64,000 nt of DNA from Harriotta raleighana (taxonomy: Eukaryota). The stretch covers positions 2,535,928-2,599,927 of the forward strand of contig JBNZDD010013683.1 of the NCBI GenBank assembly GCA_050575255.1, written 5' to 3'. The notes below the pieces were generated by a model. The model saw only the letters and a program-made list of their open reading frames with translations, made no database searches and was not told the origin of the DNA. Below, piece by piece: positions 63,076 through 64,000 of the stretch; position 1 is the first letter of the stretch, and the number at the start of each line of letters is the position of its first letter. A program made the position numbers and the translations under genes.

Positions 63076-64000
63076 TCCTTCTCCGTGCCCCTAAGATCTC
63101 TTAAATCAGGTAATGATATGTAAAAACAGGAGTAAAACATGCTGTAGCAGATAATTTAATCTGTTGGAACTGTATTTGATCTCTTTTGTAATGTTTTAAT
63201 CAGAAGTTGAATCTTGCCGTGCATCACAGCAATGGATGAATTCAAACTCGAGGTACGTCTTTAAATATAGTAATCGTGACAAAATACATTGCAAATATTG
63301 GGTTTCTGAGATAGTACAAAGGTTATCAATCCTTTTGATCATTTCAACAACAGTTGGCGACAGAATTTTAGTGTTAAAATTTCAAGATAAGCTTTTTAAA
63401 AAAGTTATATATACGCAGATTTCTTGGAAACTACAGCTGTCATTCTGTAGAGGTGCAAAGAACTTTCAATATTTGTCTTTGTAACCCTCAAAAATAAAAC
63501 TTTAGATATTGCTCCATTAGCCATCTGCAAGATTTGTCTATTTTGGATTCGACCCAAAATTGAGTGGTTGTAAAGATGGTACATCAAATAAACTCAAAAG
63601 AATTAGCAACAAAGCTGCTAAACAAAACATTCAAGCTTTTACAGTAGAGAATGGGGCAGAGTAAATATGATGCAACTCCAGGTTCTCGGGAATTAAAGCC
63701 AAAGAGTTCTCCTTGCTTAAAAGTGCAGCCATTTGGAATGTCTGGTTTTCGTGAAACTAGTCAGCACAAATACCTTCTAAAAATAACTTCTTTTAAAAAA
63801 CAATACAATTGGAGTGACTTTTTGAACTTTGCGCATCTTTAAGTGCAGGTTGTTACAGGTAAAGTAAATATTTATTAGATTTCTAAGGAAACAGAAGAGT
63901 ACAGTAATTCCGTTTCTCCAGCAGAATCCTCCTTTACTGACGAGTCACGTTACAGAATTGGCAGGTACGATTGAAATTTTGGTTATTAAGTGTCAGGGCC

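Overview
Vertebrate genomic DNA, most likely a cartilaginous fish (SINE/LINE repertoire and BDNF sequence suggest a chimaera such as Callorhinchus; inferred, not searched). The window holds one protein-coding gene, BDNF, on the minus strand. The coding exon is 9291-10079 (ATG at 10058, 255 aa prepro-BDNF). Leader exons resemble mammalian exon I (~24011-24770, ending in an in-frame ATG), exon II (~22939-23520, with an RE1/NRSE) and exon IV (~16535-16840, with a CRE/E-box promoter). The proximal 3'UTR is conserved and dense in miRNA seed sites. The flanks are non-coding and carry SINE, L2 and CR1 fragments. Several apparent tandem duplications are N-joined assembly artefacts. Top leads: a 19-codon uORF in exon I that appears peptide-conserved with mammals; a 145-codon alternative frame over the prodomain that two leader exons feed AUGs into; a tandem array of AATAAA-bearing units; a 123-bp duplication that doubles the miR-10 site; and a ~22-kb transposon-free gene body. 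Comparisons to mammalian BDNF are from memory, not alignment.
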